Assembly: GCF_006345805.1 (NCBI RefSeq)
Contig: NC_043005.1
Coordinates: 83,948,001-84,012,000 of the forward strand
Direction: 5' to 3'
Length of the DNA stretch: 64,000 bases
DNA from: Octopus sinensis
Taxonomy: Eukaryota
Under the pieces are notes generated by a model that searched no databases, was not told the origin of the DNA, and saw only the letters and a list, made by a program, of their open reading frames with translations. Shown piece by piece: positions 1 to 12,645 of this stretch (the first letter of the stretch is position 1; each line of letters opens with the position of its first letter). The position numbers and the translations under genes are program-made.

Positions 1-624
1 TCATAAAAGAGAGAATGTTTCACACTGTGGACAAAAGCAGCATCTGCATTCAAATCTGAAACCACCCATTGGTAAAGTTTTTAAAATGCTATCTGCAAAA
101 CGAGCAAAGTGAATGAATAAATAAAAAGAAATAATAAAAAAAACAGTTTTAAGACTGAAACGGTAATTTAATCTACTTCTCAGTAAAATTAAAGATTCAT
201 TATTATTCTTCTCAGCACAGATGTTCTGTTACTCGCTTCACCAGGTTCTTATGTACTCAAAATTCACCCACTGGTATTAAAAGAGGTTCCCCTACCCATT
301 TCTTTATAGAATATGATGCCATTAAGAAACCAAACAAAAATGTTATGTAACAGGATATATTTGTGTTATTCACTGGATAAATTGACTCCTCCCTGAGATA
401 ATTGTTACAGACATAGCAGACAGTCTCAGATGTTGACAAGAAATTTTAACTCTGAGCTGCAGAAATTGGCCATAACTGATCCTTTTTTTAAACAGAAATA
501 AAGGTGAATACATCCTTACCATATCTCTGTTGAAATACACTGACTTTGTTTCAATTAATTTTGAGAATAACGAAGATGTTTTTAAATTAATGTTAATCAT
601 TATTAATCTCTGGCATCCGTTGCT

Positions 625-976
625 AGTGGAACTCTAAGAGTACCATACGAGTGAGATTGTTGCCAGAGCAACAAGCTGGCCTTCGTGCCGATGGCACGTT
701 AAGCACACCATTCGAGAGCTGGACTGGCTCCTGTGTAGGTGGCACATAAAAAGCACCATTTGGGCGTGGTCGTTGCCAGTACCACCAAACTGGCCCTCGT
801 GCCGGTGGCACATAAAAGCACCCAATACATTCTTAAGAGTGGTTGGTGTTAGGAAGGGCATCCAGCTGTAGAAACTCTGCCAGATCAGATTGGAGTCTGG
901 TTCGCCAGACCTCAGTCAAACCGTCCACCCCATGCTAGCAGGGAAAGCGGACATTAAATGATGATGATGATGATGA
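625..976 (+). mobile_element. RTE 3'-UTR copy with three subrepeats and (ATG)n tail
   Basis: Matches 57380..57710. Confidence 0.8.
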
Positions 977-1128
977 ATCTGGTGTTTGGAACATAAATCC
1001 ACATGAAATTTTGAGGAAAGGTTTCCATTTAGATAACTTTAACCCTTGTCATACCATATATCTGTTGAATTACAATGCATTTCTTTCAATTGATTTTGAA
1101 ATTAGTGAAGAATTTAGTAAAATAACTT

Positions 1129-1372
1129 CCGTGCCGGTGGCACGTAAAGAGCACCATCCAATCGTGTCTGTTGCCAGCCTCCTCTGGCCCGTGCTGGTGG
1201 CACGTAAAAAGCACCCACTACACTCTTTGAGTGGTGGTGTTAGGAAGGGCAGCCAGCTGTAGAAACACTGCCAGATCAGACTGGAGCCTGGTGCAATCTC
1301 CTGGTTTCCCAGACCCCGCATGGAAAACAGATGTTAAACGGTGATGGTGGTGGTGGTGGTGGTGCTGCTGCT
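1129..1372 (+). mobile_element. RTE 3'-UTR copy
   Basis: gtgccggtggcacgtaaa subrepeats + aggaagggcagccagctgtagaa. Confidence 0.8.
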
Positions 1373-1750
1373 GTTTGGAAGAGAAATTACAGTGTAAGCT
1401 CAGTTGATGGTTTTTAATTTAAATCATTTTTAAAACAGAAGTTTGTGTCATGGAACCAGGCATGGTCTCAGGCTGGTTGGAACCAAAAGGGTTAATTATA
1501 TAGTTACAGAACTCCAACACCTCAAGCAATTAAAGTTGAAATCTTCAAAGTATTGAATGTGCTAATTAGAGTTACAAAATACCCCACAGCCTCACTTCCA
1601 ATCACTGTGTCATTAGAGAAGCTTTTTTTAAAAAAAATCCATCAATTAGGAACGTTCAGTCATGTTTTGCTCTACCGACTGACAGAATGTTTTCTTAGAA
1701 TAGAATTCAGTTGTTTAGGTCTCATAACAAAATCTTGTCTAGTTTTTATA

Positions 1751-2148
1751 CAGGCTGTTTGGTAAGTAGCTTGCTTACCAACCACATGGTTCCGCGTTCA
1801 GTCCCTCTGCGTGGCACCTTGGGCGAGTGTCTTCTACTATAGCCTCCGACCAGCCAAAGTGTGAGTGGATTTGGTAGACGGAAACTGAAAGAAGCCCGTC
1901 GTATATATGTATATATATATATATGTGTGTGTGTATGTGTCTTTGCGTGTCTGTGCTTGTTCATCCCCCAACATCGCTTGACAACCGATGCTGGTGTGTT
2001 TACGTCCCCGTAACTTAGCGGTTCGGCAAAGAGCCCCATAGAATAAGTACTAGGCTTACAAAGAATAAGTCCTGGGGTCGATTTCCTCGACTAAAGGCGG
2101 TGCTCCAGCATGGCCACAGTCAAATGACTGAAACAAGTAAAAAGAAAA
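1751..2148 (+). mobile_element. tRNA-derived SINE family A with internal (TA)n(TG)n microsatellite
   Basis: A-box tggctgtgtggt, B-box ggttcagtccc, tggcaccttgggc(a/g)ag core, 3' ...ggtgctccagcatggccacagtcaaatgactgaaacaagtaaaa. Confidence 0.85.
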
Positions 2149-3100
2149 AATAATGAAAAAAAAGAAGACAACACTGTCCTCTTCGATGTAACTTTTCAAG
2201 TAGTTTATACTGGAGAAATATATGCGGTGGGATTGAACCTGGGACCCCTTTGATTGCAAAACAAGCTTCTTAACCACTCGGTTATATCTATGTCAGCCCT
2301 AATTAACCAACTGAATGATGCAGGACAACTTAATTATCATGACTCACACTTTTACTCTCCACAAACTTCCTCTAAAAACGACACATTCTTGTCTATATTT
2401 CTCTTTTTCTCTTTTTCCCCTTTCTTTCTTTTCCTCTCATTCTTACTTTCTTCCCTCATTTCTTTCTTCCTTTCCTTCCTTCTCTCATCATAAATTATAT
2501 ACAATTGACGTTTGCTGTTTCTATTATTTAATTTTGTTTTTATTGTTTTCTTTTTCTCTTACCAACTCTGAACCCACCACCACATATTTTTTGTGTACTT
2601 TTGGGCCTTCTTTCCTTTTTTGTTGTTTTTCTAAATATATTTATTTCATTTTTTTACAAAAAAAAAAAAAAAGCAAAGAAAATGTTGTTGCAAGTAGAGA
2701 GGATAAAATTTCTGCATTGTAATGTTTATATATTTAGTTGATACAGTGTGTGTGTGTGTGTGTGTGTCTGTGCGGGCATGTGCACGCGTGTGTATGGTTA
2801 TGCATTTATATATGCATATGCATGGACCAACATATATATGTATGTATATTAGTATCTGAATGTATGTACATATATATGTGTACATGTACACACACACATA
2901 CAGACACACAAACATGCACATGCACACACATACACATACACACACATATACATCTTCCTCTCTATGTATATATATATATATGTATATATATAATATAAAT
3001 AATATATATATTATTTAGTATATATATATATAATATAAATAATATATATATATATGTATATGTGTGTGTGTGTAATATATATATAATATATATATGTATA

Positions 3101-3134
<34 letters not shown>

Positions 3135-3300
3135 CGTATATCTTCTGAATATCAGAGCAGTGTGAATGAATGCATTTTCCTAAAAGAGATCTTAAATTAC
3201 CATTCTATGTGTCCTGCTGAAAGAATAACATGTTCTTGAAATATTTTCTTAGCTTCAGAATGGTTTACTGACTCAGTTCAGTTCATTAACAAGGACTAAC

Positions 3301-3346
3301 CCGACATGGCTTTTCCCACACACGCAGTCACCAGCCACTGTCCCCA
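3301..3346 (-). other. Candidate isolated 46-nt exon
   Basis: tttaatgtgtttcCAG|tggggacag...atgtcgg|GTTAGT; open as WGQWLVTACVGKAMS or GTVAGDCVCGKSHV; no family recognised. Confidence 0.3.
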
Positions 3347-4521
3347 CTGGAAACACATTAAAATATAATTCATTGTGTGTGTTCTTTAACCCTTTTGCGA
3401 CCATATTTGCACCCCCTCCTGTTTCCTTCACTCCCCGCCCACTGAACCGATATGCATCACTGAACATGCCTACACCCATGTGTCCTATTCACTAAGTGCA
3501 CCTCTGTCCTTATATGTAATCATGTTCTGTAACTTAGTGGCTCAGCAAAAGAGACTGACAGAGTAAGTACCTGACTTTAAAAAATAAAGAATAAGCACTG
3601 GGTTCGATTTGTTCAGCTAAAATCCTTTAAGGCAGTGCTCCTGCATGGCCATAGTCTAATGACTGAAACAAGTAAAACACGAAGAGAAAAGATGTTCTCT
3701 TTTCTCAAACTTAAAAACTGTCACACTGTTTCTGTTTCTCTTTCCCTCTTCTCTCTTTCATATTCACCTTGTACCCTGAGGGCATGCTCTCCCTATCTCT
3801 TTCCAGCTTGGGTAGCCATGTATCTCTTCAGCTAGACACCTGCTCCTTTCCTTCAATCATACTTCAATGTCTCGTCACCCGGCACAGAACCATCTCCCTC
3901 AATACTATATCCTCCCACACTCCAACCAAAGGGGTCTTTGTCTTTCAAGTTACTGGGTGACCCTCACTGGTGCTGGTGCCACATAAAAATGCACCCAGTA
4001 CACACTGTAAAGTGGTTGGTGTTAGGAAGGGCGTCCAGCCATAGAAACATTGCCAAAGCAGACATTGAAACTTCGTCTCAGTTCTCAATTCATGTCACAC
4101 CATCCACATGTGGTTTTATTGAAACTCCTGCACCCACTAGCATAGCTAGAGTGTGTGCTGCCCCTTCTGTTTGCTACCTCCCGAAGCCCACAAAAACCAC
4201 ATATTGCCTACAGCAATATCCTACAAGATGAAAAGACTGCCCCCCCCCACTTAACTGCGCTAGTGCCTACACCCCAACAGCAAACGACAACTGCAGCTAC
4301 AGTGCTATCTGACCAATGCTATCTGACCAATGTACTTGCTCTTCCAGTGGGTCATTTGTCAAATGTGTAAGCTGGATTTTTGGACAGCCTTCACAGTAGT
4401 CGATGTGGTCAGCACTCATGAGGAATGAGGTGAACTCGTTTGTCAGAGCCAGCTCAACCCAAGTACAAGTAGTGGTACACCGTTCTGTCCATGAGAGAAT
4501 TGAAAATAAACATTAAATATT

Positions 4522-4908
4522 ACTCTTTTACTTGTTTCAGTCATTTGATTGTGGCCATGCTGGAGCACCACCTTTAGTCGAGCAAATCGATCACAGGACT
4601 TTGTAAGCCTAGTACTTATTCTATCAGTCTCTTTTGCTGAACTGCTAAGTTACGGGGACCTAAACACACCAGTATCGGTTGTCAAGCGATGATGGGGGAA
4701 CAAACACAGACACACAAACACACACACATATATATATATACATATATATGACAGGCTTCTTTCAGTTTCCGTCTACCAAATCCACTCACAAGGCTTTGGT
4801 CGGCCTGAGGCTATAGTAGAAGACACTTGCCCAAGGCGCCACACAGTGGGACTGAACCCAGAACCATGTGGTCGGTAAGCAAGCTACTTACCACACAGCC
4901 ACTCCTAT
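4522..4908 (-). mobile_element. SINE family A
   Basis: Full-length reverse complement of the consensus. Confidence 0.85.
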
Positions 4909-5079
4909 TGATGATAATTTTTGTAGAAATATGCTGCTTTTGTTTCACCTGGCTTGTAACTCATTCTGTCCATACTCACCCTTACAATGTACAACAGCCT
5001 TAGACAGGTCTTCTATCACCTTTTCTCAATAACCTCACTGCCATCACTAATATCTTACCTTTCTCTTTCAGTTATCATC

Positions 5080-5680
5080 ATCATCATCATGTAATGCATG
5101 GGTTGAACAGTTCGACCGGGGTCTGGGAAGCCAGGAGGCTGCACCAGGCTCCAGTCTGATCTGGTAGAGTTTCTACAGTTGGATGCCCTGCCTAACGCCA
5201 ACCACTCCGTGAGTGTAGTGGGTGCTTTTTATGTGCCACTGGCACAGGTGCCAAGGGAGGCTGGCAACGGCCACGATCGGCTGGTGCTTTTTATGTGACA
5301 CCAGCATGGAAGCCAGTCAAGGCAGTGCTGGCGTCGGCCATGTACAAATGGTGCTTTTTACTTGCCACCAGCACAAGTGCCAGGGGAGGTTGGAAACGAC
5401 CTGCTGTGCTTGAGGAGACCTATTGAGTCAAGTACATCACCATCAACAGTTTTGCAAATTACAAGGTGATCTTCACTCGTGCTGGTGCTACAGTAAAATG
5501 CATCTCCAGCACATTCTGGTAAGCGGGTTGGCATTAAGAAGGTCATTGTCCAGCCGTAGAAACTATGCCAAAGCAGATAGTGGAGCATGATGCAGCTGTC
5601 TGACTCATCTAATGATTCTAGCCAAGTCAGCATGGAAGCTGGATGTTAAGTGATGTTGAAATTGATAATGATGGTGGTGG
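5080..5680. mobile_element. Two RTE 3'-UTR copies head-to-head (5080..5395 minus, 5400..5680 plus)
   Basis: (CAT)n tail at left; more diverged plus-strand copy at right. Confidence 0.7.
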
Positions 5681-5979
5681 TGGCGGCGGCGGCAGTGGTG
5701 GTGGTGGTGAGGTGGTGGTGGTGGTGGTGAGGTGGTGGTGGTGGTGGTGGTGGTGGTGGTGAGGATGTTGATGTTGATGATGATGATGATGGTGATGATG
5801 AACTTTATCATTATTAAATTGGTGTTTGGAACATGAATTAACATGAAATTTCAATGGAAGGTTTTAATTCAAATCACTTTAAGACAGGAAGTTTGTGTCA
5901 GAATCAAGCTCAGTCTCAAGTGGGTTGGTATCAAAAAGATATAATTGTGTATAGGAGGTGTGCATGTGCGTGTGTGTGT

Positions 5980-6500
5980 GTGGGAGAGAGAGAGAAGGAT
6001 AGAGAAGAGAAAGAGAGAGAGAATAGAGAGAATAGAGAAGAGAAAGAGAGGGAGAATAGAGAAGAGAAAGAGAGAGAGAATAGAGAAGAGAAAGAGAGAG
6101 AGAATAGAGAAGAGAAAGAGAGAGAGAATAGAGAAGAGAAAGAGAGAGAGAAGAGACAGAGAGAGAGAGAGAACAGAGAAGAGAAAGAGAGAGACAAGAG
6201 ACACAGAGAGAGACAGAATAGAGAAGAGAGAGAGAGAAAGAGAGAAGAGAAAGAAAGAGAAAGAAGAGAAAGAGAGAGAGAATAGAGAAGAGAAAGAGAG
6301 AGAAATAGAGGAAAGAAAGAGAGAGAGAGAAGAGAAAGAGAGAGAGAACAGAGAAGAGAAAGAGAGAGAGAGAGAGAATAGAGAAGAGAAAGTGAGAGAG
6401 AATAGAGAAGAGAAAGAGAGAGAGAGAAATAGAGAGGAGAGAGAGAAATAGAGAAGAGAGAGAGAAATAGAGAAGAGAAAGAGAGAGAGTATAAGAGAGA
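5980..6500. repeat. Purine-only (GA)-rich minisatellite, ~21-22-nt unit gagagagaatagagaagagaaa
   Basis: Direct inspection. Confidence 0.9.
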
Positions 6501-7064
6501 CAGCCTGTGTGTATATATATGTGTATGTGCATATTTGTGTTCACATCATGTTGGATGATTTTTGTTTTTGTAATTAATATAATGATTTAATATTTATTTA
6601 TTTATTTATTTATTATGTAAAGCAGTTGTTTGGAGTGTCTTAATTTCATCCCATGCGATCAATTTGTCTGAAATGTTTAAACGAATATCTGATGTTGGAA
6701 ATGTCACGGTTGACTGGTTTGATATGATACCAATCTGTTGATAAAATGTTAATGGCTTGCACATGTCTTCATTGAGATGTCTGTGGTTAAAACTCACAGC
6801 ATCACACAGCTCGTATGGCCCTCACCAGTGCTTTACCATTTCTAGAACTGAAACCCATAACTCTCACTGGCTCAGTCCACCTAGTTACAAATAGACACCA
6901 TGGATAAATTCATCTCATTTCTGTAAGTAGGGGTGACTGTGTGCCATTATCATCATTGATAGTGAAGATGCAGGCATAAGACATGAAGGAGATGTGGACC
7001 CTGCAAGCCGAAATGATGGCACTCTATTTAGGAGAGCAGAAACTCTTCATCAATGTCATCATTG

Positions 7065-7585
7065 CCACCACCACCAGTAGCGCCACCACCCCCACCATTG
7101 CTGCTGCCACTATCACCAGCACCAGCATCACCAGCACCACCACCAGTGCCACCACCACCAGTGCCACCACCACCAGTGCCACCACCACCAGTGCCACCAC
7201 CACCAGTGCCACCAACACCAGTGCCACCACCACCAGTGCCACCACCACCAGTGCCACCACCACCACCAAACCCCCCACCATTGCTGCTGCCACCATCAGC
7301 ACCAGCACCATTACTATCACCACCGCCACCACTGCCGCTACCACCACCACCATCACCAGCAGTAGCAACAGCACCACCACCACCACCACTACCACTACCA
7401 CTACCACCACTACCACTACCACTACCACCACTACTGCTACCACCTGTGCCACTATCACTGCCGCCGCTGCCACCGATGTTGCCACCACCACTGCAGCCAC
7501 CACCACTGCCGCTGCCACCAGCACCAGCACCAATAGCAGAAGCAGCAGCAGTAGTACAACCACCACCACCACCACCACTGCCTTA
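7065..7585. repeat. (ACC)-based compound micro/minisatellite (15-nt unit accaccaccagtgcc)
   Basis: Direct inspection. Confidence 0.9.
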
Positions 7586-7829
7586 CCATAGAGGAGGTAT
7601 ATGGCTACCCTGCATTATATAAGGGTGGGGAAGGTAGTAGAAATGGGAAGAAGAATACAGTGATCCCATGCCATATCGCAGTTCACCGATCGTGGTTCAC
7701 CAATCACGGTTTATTATTTAAGCTTATGTCAATTCCTCCATGGTGTTATTTTGCATTTATAATAAAATAAATATATACAAATTATAAAGATAAAAACAAT
7801 AAAAAAAATATACAGGACAGTCCTGTTTC

Positions 7830-8003
7830 TAGTTCTATATTTCAGAGATAAGGAATTATTTACATTATCTACATTTGACGGATATTTGTCCTCATCTTGT
7901 TTGTTGTTAACGCAACGTTTTGGCTGATATACCTTCCAGCCTTCATCAGCTATCTTGGGGAAATTTCGAACCTGGGTTCTCATTCCTAAGGTATTTTTCA
8001 ATG

Positions 8004-8037
<34 letters not shown>

Positions 8038-8182
8038 TACCTTTGCACAGCTTCTAATGCTGGAGATGTACTGCAGTGTCAGCTGTTCCCTACCAGTGAA
8101 CTAAGGTAACACCTCTTATTTTCCAAGCACCTTCCGGAGTATTCAGGTAGTTCCAAGCAGTGCTGTTTTCTGCAAGTGCTCC

Positions 8183-8214
<32 letters not shown>

Positions 8215-8475
8215 TGGCGTGGCCATTGCCAGTACCACCAAACTGGCCCTTGTGCCAGTGGCACATAAAAGCACCCACTACACTCGTGGAGTGGTTAGCG
8301 TTAGGAAGGACATCCAGCTGTAGAAACTCTGCCAGATCAGATTGGAGTCTGGTTCGCCAGACCTCAATCAAATCGTCCAACCCATGCTAGCATGGAAAGC
8401 GGACGTTAAATGGTGATGATGATGATGATGATGATACAGGTCACTGCCTGGAATCAAACTCAGAATCATGGAGTT
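7830..8475 (-). mobile_element. Second tRNA-headed hammerhead element, split by nested insertions (RTE tail 8200..8436)
   Basis: 3' half at 7830..8030 (HHR 7909..7954: gatag CTGATGA aggctg...cagcc aAAA cg TT gcgtt); head remnant caggtcactgcctggaatcaaactcagaatc...ttagtagc at 8436..8475. Confidence 0.65.
8200..8436 (+). mobile_element. RTE 3'-UTR copy nested in the hammerhead SINE
   Basis: Same consensus, (GAT)n tail. Confidence 0.8.
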
Positions 8476-9054
8476 AGTAGCTCCCCCCCTCCCGCTCTTA
8501 ACCACTGGTTTTACTTCGTGGAGTTTCACCTACTGTGGTGGGTTTTGGAAAGTAACACCCACGATGATTGAGGTACAGAAGGTAATGAGAAGGATGCTGA
8601 ATCAAACTCTCAAGGTACAAGAAAGTAAGAGCATGAGAGAGGATTCAGAAAGTGGATCAGAATGGGCAGGAGAGAAAGGCAGCTTCATAAGAGTATCAGA
8701 AGAGAGTAACAGATGGTTAGAGAGAGGGGCAGCGAGGTGGGAATCTGACATAAGAAAGAAATTAGCAACAATCTCAAGTATGGTTGTACATATTCTTTTA
8801 TTGTTTTATTTGTTTCAGTCATTTGACTGTGGCCATGCTGGAGTACCACTTTTAGTCGAATTAGATTGACCCCAGGACTTATTCTATGTAAGGCCAGTAC
8901 TTATTCTATCGATATCTTTTGCCGAACCACTAAGTTATGGAGGATGTAAACATAGCAAGCAATGGTGAGGGGGCAGGGACAAACACAGACAGATACACAC
9001 AAATACACACACACACACACATACACAAACACACACATACATATATATATATAG

Positions 9055-9480
9055 TAAAAAGTTCATTATAGGCATGTATAAGATAAAATCTTATATAAAA
9101 TACTATAAACAATAATAAAAAACGGAGAAGAGATCTTAAAAGTTCAAAATAGAATTTAATATCCACATACAACCATTTCAAAGAGCAATACAAAGATGTA
9201 TTACCCTATTTGTTTTACCTTCTAGAATTTTTTGTTAATACTTTTTTTTTGATGTTTTCTTTAAATTTTTCTACACTGATGAGGATGGTGATAAATGACT
9301 TTAATTATTATTATTATTATTAATGTTCTTTCTAACACATTAGTATTGCCCTTTGAAACGGTCGTATGTGGATATTAAATTCAATTTTGAACTTTTAACA
9401 ACTCTTCTCCATTTTTAAATTTTTGTTTATTGTGTTTTATATAAGATTTCATCTTATACATACCTATAACAAACTTTTTA
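9055..9480. repeat. Imperfect fold-back (~140-bp arms) with a hammerhead in the spacer
   Basis: 9055..9192 is the reverse complement of 9342..9480. Confidence 0.8.
9271..9371 (+). ncRNA. Minimal type-I hammerhead motif with long, decayed stem II
   Basis: CUACA CUGAUGA ... GAAA CGGUCG UA UGUGG; stem I CUACA/UGUGG; GUA triplet. Confidence 0.6.
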
Positions 9481-9638
9481 CTTGTTTCTTTTTATATATT
9501 TTAAAAGCTTGCTCTAGCCGGCTATCTTTTTGGATATGATGAATATTTATTAGAAATATTTCCTCTTTTTGGACTCTTCAAAAAGTTTGAATTGTTCTAC
9601 TTGAACTTATTCTTTCTCACACTTATATATATACATAC

Positions 9639-9681
<43 letters not shown>

Positions 9682-9833
9682 GAAATGAAGAAAATGCTGA
9701 CAAAATAATTTAAGTAATTTAAGTAATTTAATTAGGTGAAAGTTCTTTTTACCGGTTGCGCATTTGTTATGCTTATCAAAAGATATTTTTTTAAGAGAGA
9801 TAGAGTTCCTTTCTGATAGATTTTTTCCTCTTA

Positions 9834-10380
9834 GGGTGTTCCATAAAGAGTGTCAAATTTGAATTGGGTGACATTTTTGTGTTTTGAAATTTGAAGGCAT
9901 GCTTGTATCATGTTTCCTATCACTTTTCACTCTGATTAATAGTTTTTGTTTGTTTTTTAGGATAGTGTGCAATGTGTCATGCAGCAGTTTACAACTGAGC
10001 TACGTGTTCTCATTGTGAAGATATTTTATCAAAACAGAGAAAGTGCAACACAAACAACTCAACTGCTTTGTACCATTTTGGGGGGAAATGAAACACCCAA
10101 ATGATTCTGCGTTTCACAGACTATTGATGAAGTTTAAAGCAACTGGTTCAGTTACAATGGCCAAATTGCCTGGACGGAATCGTTCTTGTTGGACAGATCA
10201 ACAAATTGCTGTTGTATGAGACAGTATCACTCTGAGTCTGGGAAAATCGATTCACCGACATCCACAGCAGTTGGGCATCCCGACCACTTCATTACATCGA
10301 ATTTTGCAAAAAGATCTCCATATGCATGCATACAAAATTCAAATTACACAGCTTCTCCAGCGATCTGACCACGAGACCTC
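9834..10380 (+). mobile_element. maT/DD37D-like (DUF4817 HTH) transposon 5' remnant
   Basis: gggtgttcca terminus; MQQFTTELRVLIVKIFYQN...KFKATGSV...GR...SLHRILQKDLHMHAYKIQ. Confidence 0.65.
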
Positions 10381-10559
10381 AAATGGTATGATATGTTGGG
10401 CTATCATACAAGTTCTTATAAACATGGTTATATGCTGCCTATTTCTAATGAGTTGTCTCCCAAAGATGTATGGAATGTCAGTCTTATGTCGGTCATATGT
10501 CCACCTGCACTGAGTCTCCATGCCTTTCTTTCAATAAAATTTTTGGTTTTCTTAAATGA

Positions 10560-10965
10560 AGTTAAGGCAAAAAAAAACACTTCTTGAGAAACCAAATAGT
10601 CTTTCCTTCCTTCATGCCAAATTTGAAGAAAATATCTCTTTTGCATCTTACTTTTTTGGTCTCTTAAATATACTGCATTTTGTGGCATTATTTCAAGCCA
10701 GCCGGCTTTTTTTGCACAAACTGCATGTGCATATTTTCGCGTACGTGTAGTATCGATCACAACAGCTGATGTACTTACGCATACAAATGCACGTTCCCAC
10801 GGCTTTATCGATCGCATTCTCACCAGGAATCGATTTTTGTAATTTTTTCAAGACTTATACACGCCCTGATATCGTCGGTATCTACATATCAAATTTGAGT
10901 GCAATCGGATGGAGGATGCCCAAGATCCTAGAAGACACACAGACAGACAGAACAGATTTTATATA
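10560..10965 (-). mobile_element. Helitron-type 5' fragment, head-to-head with the Helitron at 10960
   Basis: tatataaaatctgttctgtctgtctgtgtgtc...ccgattgcactcaaatttg start typical of these elements; 3' end not found. Confidence 0.5.
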
Positions 10966-11353
10966 ATATATATATAAAGCTGAAGTTGTCTGTGTATGAC
11001 AGGTTTGGTAGCCTTCAACTAACACTATCTTCTCGGAGAACCTGCGGCGCAAGTTGACCAAAATTGAGAGTATGATAGAAGGAGGCTTGCTCTTCCTTCC
11101 GTAGAAGAAAAAATTCAAATTGGACCATCTTAACACCAAATATTATTTACATAAAAAAAGTGCTTTTTTTCTATGAAAACCCTTATCTTTTACAATTTTT
11201 TGACTGCTGTGTCGTCATTTTTCAGTGTATTTCAACCAGAAAAATATTCACTTAAAGAGAATAACAAGCTACATAATGCAAAATTTTTACTTTTCAAAAA
11301 TTCCAATTCTAAAGGATTGAAACAAACCTGAGCAATGCTGGCTGATACTGCTA

Positions 11354-11354
<1 letters not shown>
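10960..11354 (+). mobile_element. Non-autonomous Helitron
   Basis: Ends in subterminal hairpin + CTAG|T; matches 25989..26377. Confidence 0.8.
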
Positions 11355-11405
<51 letters not shown>

Positions 11406-12119
11406 TCATCATCATCATCATTGTCACATTATACCTTCTATACTGGTATGGGTTGGACAGTTTGACAGGAGCTGGTCAGGCATGAGCCTGCACCAGATTT
11501 CTGCATCTATTTTGGCAGGGTTTTTATGGGTGGATGCCCTTCCTAACACCAACGACTCAGTGGGGTGGACTATATGTATATATATATATCTTTGTGTCTG
11601 AGTTTGTCACACACCACTAGTACCAATACCACCACCACCACCTGACAACTGGTGTTAGTATGTTTATGTTCCAGTAACTTAGCAGTTTAGTAAATGAGAC
11701 TGATAGAATAATATTTTTTTAAATTTCATCTAGTTTCAGCTCATGAGCTGTGGCCACGCTGGGGCACCGTGATATAAGAACATAAGTCCTGGGATCGATT
11801 TGTTTGTCTAAAAATTCTTGAAGGAGTGCTCCAGCATGGCCACAATCTAATGAGTGAAAGAAATAAAAGAATAAAAGAATTTGTTGACTTAAGAGGAAAT
11901 AACACAAATGAAGTAGTTTGATGGTGTTATTTCAGCATTTAAAGTGCGATAAGAAAGAGGAGGAAGAGGAGGAGGGGAGGAGGAGGAGGAGGGAGAAAAG
12001 GAAAATGGAAAAGAATGTGAGATGGGAAAAGAAAAGAATAAAAGCAGAGGATAAAAAGAGAAAGAGGAAAAGGGGGAAAGAGTAGAGGAAAGAAAGAGAA
12101 AAGAAGCGAATTGCAGTGT

Positions 12120-12351
12120 ATGTATAAATGTATGTATGTGCATGTGTATTATGTATGTGCATGTGTGTCTGTGTGTGTATGTCCATATATATGTGTATAT
12201 ATATATATGTATATGTGCATATGTATGTATATATATATATGTATGTGTGTGTATGTATATATACATATGTATGTATGATGTGTGTATATATATATATACA
12301 TGTGTATGTATGCATATATATATGTATATATATATATATATGTATGTGTGT

Positions 12352-12388
<37 letters not shown>

Positions 12389-12515
12389 ATGTATATATAC
12401 ATATGTATGTATGTATGTATGCATATATATGTATATATATGTGCATATATATATGTATATATATATGTATGCATATATATATATATATATATATGTGCAT
12501 ATACATATGTATGTA

Positions 12516-12575
<60 letters not shown>

Positions 12576-12593
12576 CATATACATATGTATGTA

Positions 12594-12637
<44 letters not shown>

Positions 12638-12645
12638 ATATATAT
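12120..12645. repeat. Long compound (TA)n/(TG)n microsatellite (similar tracts at 2740-3135, 34385-34500, 34815-35180, 45820-46140)
   Basis: Direct inspection. Confidence 0.95.

Noticed and set aside
257-439. 60-aa ORF in unique sequence at the window start
   Set aside because: No motif or convincing splice sites.
625-825. Regular ~55-60-nt repeats with variable spacers, superficially CRISPR-like (also 19830-20050, 52476-52630)
   Set aside because: They are subrepeats of the RTE 3' UTR; the spacers are related to each other, the context is eukaryotic and there are no cas genes.
5854-6544. E/R/K-rich and S/L-rich ORFs
   Set aside because: Translations of a GA minisatellite.
6606-6797. Minus-strand segment with a plausible acceptor and open frames (IGIISNQ... 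or WYHIKPVNRDISNIRYSFKHFRQIDRMG*)
   Set aside because: No recognisable family and the frame is ambiguous; not enough support for a feature.
6983-7622. Thr-rich, Pro-rich and Val-rich ORFs (mucin- or extensin-like)
   Set aside because: All overlap an (ACC)-based microsatellite that is open in several frames on both strands; no signal peptide or splice evidence.
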